Shown: piece by piece, positions 1 to 12,655 of the stretch
Position numbering within the stretch: position 1 is the stretch's first letter
Layout of the letters: every line of letters starts with the position of its first letter
NCBI GenBank assembly: GCA_027604505.1
Contig: JADIIX010000029.1
Location: 124,001-184,477, forward strand
Origin: Gonapodya sp. JEL0774
Taxonomy: Eukaryota
Length of the DNA stretch: 60,477 nt
Direction of reading: 5' to 3'
The notes under the pieces: generated by a model
The model's input: only the letters and a program-made list of their open reading frames with translations
What the model was told of the DNA's origin: nothing
Database searches by the model: none
Program-made: the position numbers and the translations under genes

Positions 1-2628
1 CGATAACCCATGCAGCCACGGTACGTCGAACGACAAACCGTGACGTACCTCTCCCCCGCTCATCTCCCCCCCGGCGACCATCTGGCCCCCCCAGTACAAA
101 ATGGCGAGCACCAAACCACCCAGCGTGGCGTTGGTCAGACCTTGAAACAGACCGATGTGGAACCCGAGGATCTGGTTCGCCCTAGAAGCGCGGAGGGACT
201 TTTCGGAACCCCCCGCGACCGGAATAGGATGGTTCAACGAAACAAACCGGGCTCGAAGGAGTCAACCACAGAACAGAAAGAAAAGAACAGAAAACGGCCC
301 CCCTCCGCCCCTCGCACCTCCACCCCCGCATCGCACCCACCTTCTCCTCAAACCTCTCCACCTCCCTCCCCTCGGCCCCGAACGCCCTGACAGTCCTCAC
401 GTTCCCGATGACCTCCCCCGCCGTTCCGGCCACCTGAGCCTCGCACTCCTTTGCCACGGCGGACAAGTGTCTCAGGTACGCGCCGTACCTCGACAGACCC
501 AGGTAGAGGAACGGTGTGAAGGAGAGGAGGCGGAGGCAGAGCGGGGGCGAGAGGAGGAGGAGGGTGCGGGTGGTGAGGAGGAGGGACAGGACGGATTTGA
601 GGAGTTGGGTGAGGAGGAGTTTGAAGGTGTGCTAGAGACCAAGATAAGAAAGAAAGAAAAATATCGGGTTCGTGAGTAAGTGACGAGTCAGTGGCAACGT
701 AGAAGTGTGTGGGGTCACCCGTCCATCCCCCGCCGCACTTCGTTCCGTACAGGGCCCCTTCCTTCCCTCACCTTGAACTCGCTCACATCGTCCGTCAACC
801 TCCCGACCACTTCTCCGCCCATCCGCGCGTCGAAGAACGCCATGTCCTGTCTGCATCGCGAACCCGAGCCACCCCCACCCCACCCCACATGATGGTTTCG
901 CGGTACGTTGACGTACGTTGATGTCGCACGGGGTCACAGGGCACAGAGGGTCACGAATAAAAATAAAAATGAAACAGTGTTCGCGGAGGGTTTCGATTCG
1001 GTGGGCTCTTGGTACCCCGGGATTGGCGCACACCACGAAACAAAACTCACCGCACCACACTGCCGTAAAGCCTGTTCCGCATCGTGGTAGCGACCCGTTC
1101 TCCGAGTCGGGACACAAGGGCGATGTCGAGGAAGGTGAGCAGGCCTGTTGGGGGGGCCGGGTGCGGACGGGGCGGGGGGACGGGGGACGGGATGATGAAC
1201 AAGACTGGGTGAACCACAAACATACGCACAGACCCACCACACGTCACCTCGCGGGGGAAAAATAATAGGGGGATGCGCAAATGCACCACCGGCCGATCAC
1301 GGGAAACGCACAGCATGGCTATGCCCGACACCGCGCACACCGCACTCATACTTTCATGTCCACCCCACCCATTGACCCATCAACCCACCGACCCACCAAC
1401 CCACTCAACCACTCAACCACTCACCTTGCGCTAAAAACAACCCTGCCAACTTCCCCGCCGCCCCCGCGATCTCGCCCCCGCCCCCGCCCCCCTTACCGGC
1501 GCCGACGCCCACCCCGAAACCGCGCACCAGATCGCTCGCCCTGCGGAGGAGGGCGGAAAGGGGGGCCGAGTCGGGTGCGGGTGCGGGTGCGGGTGGGATT
1601 ACTGTAGGTGGGGAGGTGGAGAGGGAGGTTTGCACTGCGGTGACCAGGGCGCCGGTGGCGGCGGGCGTGGCGGTGGAGACGAGGGAGAGGGCGAGGGTGA
1701 CGGTGAGGACCTAAAGGGGGTTTCGATTGGGTGGGGTTGTTGGGGCGGTTTGGTGGGTTCGGCGCGGCGCGGGTTGTATGTTCGTCGGTTCGATCACGCA
1801 TCGGCCCTACCCGCCACCCGCCACCCCCCACCACACCAAACTCACCGCCACCACCAACCCCCACTCCTCCGCGACCATTTCGCCCACCCTGTTGGCAACC
1901 AACCACGCCCTGCCGCCCGCCACCCGATCCGCCTCTTCCAGCTCCTTTTGCTCTTCCACAGCCACCGACGGGTCCCGGGCGGGCGGGGAAGGGGAAGGGG
2001 AGGGGGAGTTGGCGGATGATGGGGGGTGGTGGTCGGGGGTGGCCGAGGTGTCGTCAGGGGGGACGCGGGGGACTGGGCGTGGGGGCAGCCCGTCCGAGTG
2101 GGCGGTGGGGACGCGGGGGGAAAGGGGGGACCCGTCGGGGAGGGAGGACAGGGCGAGGAGGATGGCGAGGAGGGCCGAAGGGAGAAGGAGGGAGAGGGGA
2201 ATGGACGGGAAGGGGGAGGGGGAGGGGTGCGGTGGAGGGGACGGGGCAGAGTGAGAGTGGGAGTGTCGGAGGAAGAGGAGATGGAGATGTACGAGGGAAG
2301 GTGCAGCGGCAGCGGAGGGGTGGAGACCAGCACCCGGTGCGTGTACGTGTGCACGTGAGAGTGAGAGTGTGTGGTGCCAATATGACCGCGGCGGCAGCGA
2401 GCCACGTGCACCCAGACCAACTCCGGATCCGGTCACGGCCCATGGGAGTGCCGATGCTGTGGAAGTGCAGGGGACGTGGACAGACAGGACGGGACGAGTG
2501 TGGTGGTGCAAGAAGCGGGCAGGGGAATGAGGGAGGCAGGAGGGCGGGGACAGGAGGGACAGAGTGGAGCGGGAGCGGACGAGAGTGGGAGTCAGTCGAG
2601 AGGAGGAGGAGAGGCGAGTGGGGAGCAT
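1..2628 (-). CDS. Mitochondrial ABC half-transporter (ABCB8/ABCB10/Mdl1-like), multi-exon; 3' part (nucleotide-binding domain) runs off the left edge
   Basis: Spliced minus-strand exons give ABC transmembrane-domain motifs LVSRLGERVATTMRNRLYGSVVR / QDMAFFDARMGGEVVGRLTDDVSEFK / AGEVIGNVRTVRAFGAEGREVERF. The N-terminus from ATG 2628 (MLPTRLSSSSRLTPTLVRSRST) is Arg/Ser-rich like a mitochondrial presequence. The start codon is inferred. Confidence 0.85.
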
Positions 2629-2637
2629 TGGGAGCGA

Positions 2638-2667
2638 ATTCGGATTCGGATTCGGATTCGGATTCGG
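2638..2667 (+). repeat. (ATTCGG)5 microsatellite just upstream of the ABC transporter start
   Basis: Five exact tandem hexamers read directly. Confidence 0.95.
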
Positions 2668-3186
2668 GAGACAGGGGAAGGGGAAGGGGGAAGGGGAAAG
2701 GGGGGTCTGTTGGATGGGGGACAGGATGAGAGCAAAAAGAGCCAAAAAATGAAATGAATTCGATGGAGAGAAAACGATGGAATTGAGCGTGTCTTACATT
2801 CAGTGGGGTTCGTGTCTGGGCAAAATGTTACCGGCCACGACGCACAACACACACCAACCAGCCAAGCAAACAAACATCCATGGTTTACATGTATAGCAGC
2901 GACCACGAATCGACCGATTCCAACCTGCATGTGCCTCTACAGTCCATACATTTGTTTTTCCAGATTCCATATAACTCTGTGAATACATCATCACGTTATC
3001 GCTCACAGGCGGGTTACACGTCGCGGCAACAGGGACTCTTTGTCGATCCCCAAACGGCCAAGGCCAACCAGCTGCGACAAGAGTTTCCGTCCAGCCCATC
3101 CCACTCAAACTGCCCCCATCCACTCAAACCACCCCATCCCACTCAAAACAACCCCAATCCAATCCAATCCACCCCACCCCGGGCTT

Positions 3187-3834
3187 TCACTTCTGAATGC
3201 TGACGACTTGGTCTGCCTCGACGTAGTCGATGTGCGGGTGGGATTCGAGGGTGGCTGGCAGTCACGAACGGCGGTGTGTCGCGATTGCACGTGGCATCAA
3301 TGGCGGGTATATAGCAAGAGATGGATATGGGGATGGTAAGGAAGGAGACGGGAGCAGATATGTAAGGTTGAGTGGGTCAGTCGGGTGGTGGCGGGTCCAA
3401 ATGTGATGTGCCCCCGAGATGGATATGCATATGTGTGACGTATACATGGATCAACTCACAAACTACACCCTCGGGCAAGGTGACCGCGAACCCTTGGAAG
3501 CTTGTGGTGTACTCGTGGCCAATGACGCCGCCTTACGAGAAGGGGATTGAAGTTGGTCAGAAAAAAGCACAACGAAATGGGAGAGGGGGGCGTGGACACA
3601 GGTCATGCGGGCCCCCGGCCCCTAGAGGAGAGAAGGACGCACCCTGCTTTTTGACGTCCTCCTTGACCTTTGCGATATCAGCAGGGGCAGTGCCCTTTTT
3701 GAAGGCGACGATGTACTTTGAGCCTGAAAGGAGGGGGGAAGGGAAGTGGAGTGGGAGGAGGGGGAAGAGTGAGGCGAGGTGAGCAGAAGAAGAGAAGAGG
3801 GGAAGAATGGGAGATGGGAATAGATACCAGTCAT
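3187..3834 (-). CDS. Stand-alone peptidase inhibitor I9 (subtilisin propeptide-like, POIA/Pbi2 type), 4 small exons
   Basis: Splicing gives MTGSKYIVAFKKGTAPADIAKVKEDVKKQG-GVIGHEYTTSFQGFAVTLPEG-...TLESHPHIDYVEADQVVSIQK*. YIVxF and YVExDxxV are I9 hallmarks, and the GT-AG junctions are visible. Confidence 0.85.
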
Positions 3835-4062
3835 GGAAGATGGGAATGGGGATTTGGTGTGTGATGGAGTGAGAGTGTTGTCTATCTATGATGTATCTGC
3901 TGCTTGTATATGAACAGGAACTGGTGATGCAAGACCACTGCGTGACCTGGTCCGTGCATACTGTTTGTGGCAGACCAAAGCAACTGCGCACCCTCCTCGC
4001 TCCACCACCGCACTCGCACTCGACTCGACTGAACAAAACTCAAACAGCACAGTCACATCATA

Positions 4063-6195
4063 ATGGGTGGTGGCGACCTCAACTTGAAGAAGTCATGGCA
4101 TCCAGCTGTGCGTTCTCTTTTTGTATCTGTCATGTCACCCGCTTCCCTCTCCTCCTAACACGTCCCCACCTCCCCGCTCCCACCACTCCCCCAAACCAGC
4201 GTCTCGACAACATCGAACGCGTATGGAAACGCGAGCAGAAGCTCATCGAGGAGCAGAAGAAGCTCGAGCAGCTCAAGAAGGAGTTGCAAGAGGAGAGGCA
4301 GATCGAGGAGCTCAGGAAGTTGCAGGAGGCGGCGGGTCTCAAGTGAGTATTGGTCCCGGAGGTGAGCCGAGTGAGCTGGCCGGAGGCCGGCCGAGCCCAA
4401 GCGTCGGCGACGGGCACAGTCCGCCGGAGGCGATTTGAACCTCGCCCAAGCTTCAGCGACGGGCAGAGTCCGCCGGATGCGATTTGAACTTTGCGGTCCA
4501 TATGGGCCGGTGAGGCCCATATGGACCAATGGAATTGACCCTTGTGAGCGGGTCGGTAGTGGCGAACCCAAGCGTCAGCGACGGGCACAGTCCGCCGGAG
4601 GCGATTTGAACCTCGCCCAAGCATTAGCGACGGGCAGAGTCCGCCGGAGGCGATTTGAACTTTGAGGTCCCGTATGGACCAATTGACCATTGTGAGCGGG
4701 TTAAATGACTTCTCTCGTGCATGACTGACCCGTATCCCCCCCTCTCAACCTCTGTTGCTCCCACACCAACACCCCACACCTCACACACCCCGCAAGAAAA
4801 CGCTCTGACCGCCTCGACTGGATGTACCAGTCCGCCCCCGGCGCTGGCGACTCCCTGGTCACCGAGGACCGCGAGTCCTTCCTCCTCGGCAAGAAAAAGG
4901 TCGACAAACTGGTGGACCCCGGTTCCACCCTGGATCAACTGAGCCCGTCCACCACATTTTCGGCCACCGCGGCCTCGGTGTACGGCGGGCAGGCCAACAC
5001 GTACCGGGACATGCAGGCAAAGATACGCGAAGACCCCATGTTGATGATCAAGAAGAGGGAGCAGCAGATGGTGGAGAAGGCCATGCAGAACCCCATCAAG
5101 CTGCGGGAGATGAAGGAGAAGAGGGAGGCGTCGGCCAAGAAGGACAAGAAGAAGGACAAGAAGGACACCACGAGGAGGGACAAGAAAAAAGACAAGTCCC
5201 ACAAAACCCTCGACGCCCGCCGCATCCCATCACCATCACCCACATCTTCCTCGGACGACGGCCCGGCCAGGGGTATCAAGAGACGGCGTTCGAGGTCCAG
5301 GTCCAGGTCCAGGTCGGCGAGCCCCGGCGGTGGTGAGAGGTACGGAGCGCGGGGAATGGAGCACGGCAGGCGGATGGGGAGGTCGCGGTCAAGATCGAGG
5401 TCGCCGGTGGTGGTGGTCCGCGGGGCGGGGAGGCACGAGGGGGGCGGTGGGGGGGCAGGTGCGGGGATGAGGAGGCCGTACAGGGATCGGAGTGGGAGTT
5501 GGAGCAGGAACAGGAGTAGGAGTCCGGCCGGCGGGTATGGAAGGGACAGGGACAGGGAGAGGGAGAGGGAGAGGGAGAGGGAGAGGGAGAGGGAGAGGGA
5601 GAGGGCGCGGTCTCGGTCGCCACCACCACCTGCACGACCGCAGGGGAGGGGAGACTACAGGGACCAGCGGGACCAGCGGGATAGCAAGGGGGAGCACAGG
5701 AGGTCCAGGTCTCGGTCACGCACCCGCACCCCGCCGCGCCCCATACGCCGCGCCGCGTCGCCTCCACCACCTGGTCGATTGCACGCCACGTCGTCCTCAT
5801 CCTCATCCTCCAAACCCCCGACCACCCTGCCCCCCCCGGCCACCACCACCACCACCACCACCTCGGCTACTCTCTCTTCGCTCACCCCCGCCGCCCGCGA
5901 GGCCCGGCTTGCCGCCATGACCAGCGCCGCGGAAACCATGGACGCCACGCGGGCTGTGCGGGTTGCGGAGCAAGCCAGGGCCGCGGCGGAGGAAGAAAAG
6001 AGGGAGGCGGAGGCGGCGGCGAAGAGGAGGGGAGGAGGAGGAGGGGGAGGACAAGGGTTCGGTGGGGGTACGGGGAACGCGGGGTTTTTGGAAACGGTGC
6101 GGAGGCAGGCGGTGGACAGGGAGGTCGGGGAGATGGTGGCGAGGAGGAGGGGGGGGAGGGGGGGCGGGCGGGAGGAGGGAGAGGAGTTGGAGTAG
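4063..6195 (+). CDS. CWC25: Pre-mRNA splicing factor Cwc25 with RS/RE-rich C-terminal region; introns ~4108-4199 and 4343-4796
   Basis: N-terminal MGGGDLNLKKSWHP, then RVWKREQ...KELQEERQIEEL, RLDWMY and KIREDPMLMIKKREQ, all Cwc25 signatures, joined in phase across GT-AG introns. Confidence 0.95.
4396..4704. repeat. Higher-order intronic repeat: four 49-bp subunits arranged as two blocks with a 171-bp period, plus a 14-bp perfect hairpin
   Basis: Subunits CCCAAGC..GCGACGGGCA(C/G)AGTCCGCCGGA(G/T)GCGATTTGAAC start at 4396, 4445, 4567 and 4616. Inverted repeat 4495-4508/4514-4527. Both blocks end TTGTGAGCGGG. Confidence 0.95.
5542..5604 (+). repeat. GGGACA/GGGAGA hexamer run encoding (RD)n(RE)n in Cwc25
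   Basis: Read directly; in frame with the 4822..6195 ORF. Confidence 0.9.
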
Positions 6196-6231
6196 AGTGA
6201 GGTGGGGTAGGGGGGTAGGGGGGATGGGGTG

Positions 6232-6241
6232 NNNNNNNNNN
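6232..6241. other. Assembly gap (10 N) between G-run tracts
   Basis: N run flanked by GGGG-rich sequence on both sides. Confidence 0.99.
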
Positions 6242-6767
6242 GCCGGCCGCCCCCGGCGGGGGGCGGGGGGGGCGGGGGGGTGGGGCCCGGGCGCGGCGAG
6301 GCAGTGTAGAGGGGGAATATATGTACATGCACGGGATTCTTTCCTTTTTTGTTCCGCTCTTTTGAATTTGCTTTTCTAGAAAACCAAAACTTTTCCAAAG
6401 ATGGACACCGGTGTGAGAAAGTGAGGACATCTATAGAAAGGTGAATGACGAGGGTACTTTTGTAATGCCTCCATGAAAACAATCTGGAAATTTGAATCTA
6501 CATAATAAACTGGACAATTAACTTTGGTTCACCTTCACGAATTCATTACAAGTAGAGTAACGGCCACTTTCCTACCGTTGCTGGCACCTCGTGTACAACA
6601 AGTCCAAGTTTATTTGCTGAGAACAATTGCTGTTCGCGTCCGCTTGTACAACTTTTGGAGTCATAACAAAGTAGAAGGGAGAACCCTGCTGTGGTCGATC
6701 GCGATGGGATGATCATCATCCCCTTTCATCCCCCCCCCCCATTTCCCACACCCCAGACCCCACTCCC

Positions 6768-8480
6768 ATGCTCAAACGCACCCCAACCCAAGCATCATCC
6801 TCTTCCCTCTCCCCATCGCGTACTTCCCCTTCCAAATCTGCCACTCCGCCCCCTTTACCAGCGCACCCACACGCCCCCACCCACGCAGGTCACACCGAGT
6901 TCGACCCCGCTGACGATGCAGACACATTGCATAGGGCCTTCTTTGAAGCGACTGTGGATGAGAAGGTCCGTAGCGCGTGGGGCCCGGGTGGTGCGTGGGG
7001 ATGAGTACGGCAGGAGGCGTCATGCGTGGGATCCCAGAGTCTGTCATGGGACGTGCCATTGTCATTGTCGTTTGTACCGCGTCCCGTACCTGCCGCCCAG
7101 CCTAATAACACCCGCATCCCGTTCCCTATCCACCCCCATCTCTCCGGCCCCCGTTCTTCAAAAAGACCCTAATATCCCTTCTCTCCCACCGCACGCCCCC
7201 CGAACTTGCCGAGATCTCGCTCTGCTACGAAGAGCGGTTCCAGACCCGTCTGGCCGCCGACGCCGAATCAAAGACATCAGGCAACCTAGGAAAATTGGTC
7301 AAGGCCTGCGTCATGCATCCGGCCGAGTGGGATGCGGCAACGTTGGAGAGGGCGATGAAGGGGACGTTGGGGGCGGACAAGGTGTGTAACTATGCCGGGA
7401 GGAAGTGGAGGGAGTCGCGTTTTTGGTGACGGTGGTGCTCATCGATATTGTTCCACGCACGCGCGTGTACGGTGGACATGGTGGACGCGAAAACAGGACG
7501 CCATCGTCGAGGTTCTCGTCGGCCGACCCAACGTGGAAATAAAGGCCATCAAGCTCGCGTACGAGCTCAACTACGCACAGACACTCCAGCAGGCGGTCGA
7601 GGCTCAGACAAGTGGGGACCTGAAACAGTTTCTGGGGATCATTCTCGAGGTACGTACGGTCTGCTCTGAGGTGCCATATTCACGCACACGCTCGAAGCAG
7701 CAGCATGATCTCTATTCATCGTCACGCTACCAAATACGTAATGATGTCTGTTACCTCTGTCTACGACAGGCTAACCGGGACGAAAACAATGCCCAGCGAG
7801 ACGTGGCCGCGGACGTCGAGTCGCTGTACAAGGCTGGCGAGGGCAAGTTCGGTACCGACAACGCCACATTCATTCGGATACTGGGTACGAGGAGTGAAAA
7901 GCACGTTCGGGCTATCATGGAGGTGAGTGGTGCTGTTTTTTTTCTCGTTCGCTGTTGGACGGTTTCCTGTGAGGAGTGTATGGTGCTGGGATCACACGGA
8001 GGTCTCACCCAGCGCCTGTTTGGATCGATATGTCTAGGGATACGCAAAGCAATACAAGTCCACGCTGGAGAAAGTGGTCAACTCGGAGTTCTCCGGCCTC
8101 AACTCTGGAACGATCAAGGTCGCTCTGTTGACCATCGTGAAGATGGCAACCTCCAAGGCCGAAGTGAGTGTGTTGGTCCTGATCCGTCGAACGGAACAAA
8201 ATGGCAAAACGTCCATTGACCATCTCGAGTTGTGCACACCCTGTTACGTAATGTACAGTACTTTGCCGACCTCCTGGAATCCTCCATGTCGGGTCTGGGC
8301 ACCAAAGACGACAAGTTCATCCGCACGCTGGCGCGGCTGCGGTACCCTCCGATCATGCACGCGGTGAAAATCGCCTACGAAGAAAAGTACAAAAAGTCCC
8401 TCGTGAAGAGGATGGAAGAAGAGAGTACGTTCAAGGGGGGGTACAAGGACCTGATGTGGGGGTTGGTCGGGGAAAGTTGA
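6768..8480 (+). CDS. Annexin (four annexin repeats), ~6 exons
   Basis: FDPADDADTLHRAF, ...KTSGNLGKLV...WDAATLERAMKGTLGADK, QTSGDLKQFL, DVESLYKAGEGKFGTDNATFIRILGTRS, YFADLLESSMSGLGTKDDKFIRTL: the annexin repeat consensus four times. Confidence 0.93.
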
Positions 8481-8604
8481 GAGGAGAGGCACCAAGCCGG
8501 TGTTGTTTCGTTCAGGAGGAGGAAGAGCATACGCGTGTACATAGCCATATTTTATCCATTGTTTGGCAGAATATACAAATTTATTTCCGCGAGTGCATCG
8601 ACTA

Positions 8605-10081
8605 TCAACTGCTCCCCGCGGTTTGGAAATAAATCGTCTCCCACAAAGGGCGGAACTCGGCGATCGCGACTGTCCAATCCAAACAGCGAGGTTCGCGGAG
8701 TACATACAAATCAAGAGGGAATGAGAAAGATCTCCTAGTCAGACATCATTCTGCAACCCCCGTGTGCAAAGTATGAACTCACAAAAGAACAAATGCAGGG
8801 GCGGCTTTCTCATGGCCCATCCCAACGCCTTGAGCATGGGTCCTTTCACATAGGTGCTATACACGGGCTCCCTGAGCACGTACCACGCGAAGAGCGCCAC
8901 CCGTCTCGTGTACTCCTCACGCTCGAGATGGGTAGGGCCGTTCGAGAGCACGACGGGGGTGTAGGAGAGGAGGAAGGAGGACACGTCGATGAGAAAGGAT
9001 ACAGCGAGAGGGAGTGGTGAGTCGGGGGATAGGTTGTTGATGAGGAGCGCTGCAGAGATGACCAACGTGTAGGGGATCATGAGGGATTGTTATCGACCTC
9101 CTCTTAAGCATGAATGTTTGGTCTAAACGCTCACGCACTGTAGATTGCAGGTCGAACAATCCATCCAACCTCCCCTACAAGCCGTACTCCGGACAGGGTC
9201 CGCACCTTGGTGTCCAAGAACCCCGAGCCGGACCGATCTCTGTTCCCCTCCTGCGCACCACCACCAGCACCACCGGTGGCGGCCGAAATACCGTCGAGAT
9301 ATCCGATACGAGGAGGTTCCCTCATTGAGATTTCTTCGTTGACCTTGTTGGAGCTCAGGTCAACGTCGCGGTCGGGGAAGGGGCGTCCAGAGATGCTCAT
9401 GCGGTTTGAAATGGAGAGCATGGCGAGACGGAGGGCGGTTCTGGAGACGGGGTAAGGATGAACAGACGGGCACCACCAAGTAGCGAGAGCGCGATCCTCA
9501 CTTGATGACCTCTATAAGAGCAACAACTCTCCACCGCGATTCCTGACCCAACTTTCTGGTCACTGTCATCTCCACAAACTGTTCCACGTAAGTCACGATC
9601 AAACTTGCTATGGCAAGTCTCGCATAGAGCGCGCTGAAAGCGTACAGAGACCTGAAACTGGCGAGATCGGGGTTCGAGCACATCTGCATCGTGGGTTTGA
9701 GTCACACGATTGCACAACTGCACGGAGCTCACTATCCACTGGCTGGACTGGTCATCCCTGCACTGGTTCGGGGCAGTCCATATTTGTTGAAGATGAGGGT
9801 GTGATACAACGCCGCGAGGTCCGCAAGCATGAACAGCAATCTCGTTGCGTAAGTCGTGTTTGGGACGAAATCTTTCCACCGAGTGGAGTCAAATACAGCG
9901 TGGAATGACGGGATCTACAAAAGCGTAAACGAAAATGCCTTGAGTGAAAAGATTCGAGTCCCCCCCGTAGTCGGATGTGAAGTATCACCAAGAACGTCAC
10001 GCCTCGTGTCAATCTTTCGATGCCTGCGATCCGAGGAGCGTTGCGAACAATGAAGGTCTCGTACTTGGAGAGAATCGTCAT
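8605..10081 (-). CDS. PEX16: Peroxisomal membrane biogenesis protein Pex16
   Basis: MTILSKYETFIVRNAPRIAGIE; YVEQFVEMTVTRKLGQESRWRVVALIEVIK; EREEYTRRVALFAWYVLREPVYSTYVK; terminal exon EFRPLWETIYFQTAGSS* (TGA 8605-8607). These match Pex16 blocks. Confidence 0.88.
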
Positions 10082-10296
10082 GTTTCTGGATGTGAGCCTA
10101 TCAGGGACGCTCTTTCCAAGGAGAGAACTGATGTGAAATATGGGGTCATCTGATCGGAACACCAGATCCCGATATAAATGGCGCACCCAACACTATTGCA
10201 CAAAATACAAAAGAATTATTGCCAGTGCTCTGTCACTACTTCTATTTGCTCGTTTTCTTTCATTAGTACGAACTGCGAAACGCAATTCGTTCCAAG

Positions 10297-11947
10297 TCAC
10301 GCAAACACACGCCATCCACTCGCTTCGGACCTGCCCGAAATCCTCTCCCTTTCATCTACAAGTTCCTCGTTTGCTCGCGCCTGATCCAGCGGTTTTGTCG
10401 GATCTTCAGGTGGAATTGGCATGGCAACGAACGGGAACATTGGAACCATGGGGACACCCGGAACTGGTTGGCCATAGTAAGGGTACATGGGGCCGGCAGC
10501 TGCGGGGTAGGATGGAGCAAGTGACATGGGGGATGGCGCCGAGCCGGGTAGAGGGTTACCGGGGGTTGGAGGAGCGTTGTGCGCACGGCCCCAGGAGAGG
10601 CGGACACGAGATCCACCTAATGTGCCGCGTTTTAGAGTTGAAGGCAGGGCGCAGAAAGGCAGAAAAAATAAAGACAAACCTAAAAGGTATCCATTCATCG
10701 CTCCGATCGCTTGCTCCGCGGCTTGGCGATCGGCGTACTGAACGAACCCACAACCCTTTCCTGGTGGAATTTTGGTGTATGTGATAATGCCGTACGGCCC
10801 AAAATGTCTGCAGTGGGAATGTGAAGGGTCCAACATGAGTCCCGCTCCGCGATTCTGGAACTGGTACGAGCGGGTTGCACTCGGTACAACTCACTGTCGC
10901 AATTCTTCTTCTGTAACGGTCGCACTCAGGCCTCCAACAAACACTGTTGTATTGTTGGGGTCAGTAAAGGGATTGTAAAGGTTGCTTTGTTGTCCGTATG
11001 AAGATATCGGTGGCGCAGGAGTAGGAGGTGGCACATAACCGCCCGTGGGTGCTCCACTAAAAGCTGAACCAGACGAAGTACCGCCACCAAAGCCTCTTGT
11101 CAAGTCTTTGTTTTTTGGTGTCGCCATGGATATCCGCATTGCTCGTGATCCACAAAACACTCCCTGCATCTCATTGAGTGCCCGCATTTGCTCGTTCTCG
11201 TCGCGGAAGCGAACAAAGCCGTAGCCGCGGCTTGCGTTCGTGAGCGGATCTGTAACAACTTTGGCTGACTTAACGGATTCGTAGTGGGAGGAAAATAGGC
11301 TCTGAATGTTCGTTGTAGGACATTGTGACGTCAGTAGCGCCTTCACAAAAACGCCGAGCAGTTCCAGACGGACAGTTCACCATTAAAGTATAATCCGTTA
11401 CTTCCGGCGCCAAGTCGCCAACAAAAATTGAGTACTCTGGGCCTTGGTCCATCATTCTGGGTACAGCCCCCGGACCCCTAATATGCGAGGAAAACAAAAC
11501 ATCTGTTCTATGCACACATCACAAAAGACAATAATCATTACTTACCCTCTGTCGATTGCAGCCCCTCCTGATCCACCACCGCTCGCCCAATTGAGGCGGA
11601 AGATCTTGTTGGCATTGGGAATCATCTGGTTTTGAAATTTGGCCAACGCGGCTGCGGCTGCTGCGTTGGTCGGAAACTCAATGAAGCAGTAGTTTGCGTA
11701 ACCACTGGATATTATGTTGAGACAAGAATGTGTAAACCTCTTTGATCCCACGACCCCGAAAATCGGTAACCTTCTGAACGTACCCGGTAAACTTGTCCCG
11801 AATCATCTTTACTTGTACGTTCTCACCCATGCTGTACCAGGTATTCCGTAGGAAGTTCTCGTCCATCCATGGTTCGAGCTCCCCCATCCACACCGACGTA
11901 CGGGTGTCAACTTGGCCCGGTTGGGCCCCATACGCGTCCCACGACAT
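10297..11947 (-). CDS. NAM8: Three-RRM RNA-binding protein of the Nam8/Ngr1/Csx1 (TRNAU1AP-related) family
   Basis: SVWMGELEPWMDENF; YCFIEF...FRLNWASGG; EYSIFVGDLAPEVTD; SRGYGFVRF; DPNNTTVFVGGL; KIPPGKGCGFVQY; VRLSWGR. Exact orthology (Nam8 versus Ngr1) is not resolvable by eye. Confidence 0.9.
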
Positions 11948-12655
11948 AGTAGTAGCTGAACCGACGCAGTATGAAGATTATGCCACCTGTCGTGACAAAC
12001 ACTGAACACTTTCGCGGTAGAAATTTTCCTTGGAGTTGCGAGGTTTGGGAATGACTCGCACAGGAACACCGTTGCACCTGGGCGACGCGTGAGTCTATCC
12101 AGCAACACAAAATCGGATAGTTTCTTGTTCTTCCTGTGTCCACATACAGTTCAGTTCACGTCTCCTCAAGATCCACTGCCAAAACATATTAAAAGTTCAC
12201 GAAGACCCACCCAAAGACAGATCCACAGGCGGCGTCCAGAAGCGATTCCCTCAGGATCCAGAAGGCGTTTAATTGAATAGAAAATCCAACAAATGATGGG
12301 TCAAGACGGTCTGCTGTCGCCCCGGTTCCGAAACCTATTGCCCTCCGTGATCGGTGGAGCTTGCGGGAGCCTTCGTGGCCGAATCGATACGGGATAAGGA
12401 GCGCCTGAATCCACAGAAATGAAGGGAACACTTGACTTGGAACAGGTGATCAATTCAAAGAGAGGGAAGGACTGTCCCCTTCATGATTCTTTGTGCTGAT
12501 AAGGTCATGGCTGCGCCACAGTTGATACAATACACATAAACACTTGTGTACACTCAAACATTATTACACGGAAACATAGACACACGATCACTCAACAACT
12601 CAACATTAGCAGTACAGATGCTTGAATAGTGGTGGATGGGTATGTTATACTGCGG

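Noticed and set aside
4396..4704. Repeat array as a CRISPR array
   Set aside because: The units abut directly or are separated by sequence that is itself repeated, so there are no unique spacers. No cas genes are present and the context is a eukaryotic intron.
4689..4704. Resemblance of ATTGTGAGCGG to the lac operator (vector contamination)
   Set aside because: Only the left half matches, it is part of the duplicated repeat tail, and no other vector sequence is adjacent.
1281..6482. Many long overlapping Pro/Gly/Arg-rich ORFs in the six-frame track
   Set aside because: These are shadow frames of GC-rich low-complexity DNA on or opposite the ABC transporter and CWC25 genes.
8994..9002. GTATCCTTT on the PEX16 sense strand as a U12 5' splice site
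   Set aside because: It lies inside a conserved, in-frame coding segment (LAVSFLIDVSS), so no intron is needed.
10297..11947. RRM gene as evidence of a selenocysteine system (TRNAU1AP/SECp43 similarity)
   Set aside because: The three-RRM Nam8/Ngr1 family is general in fungi. I found no tRNA-Sec, no convincing in-frame UGA in a redox motif and no supportable SECIS in the window.
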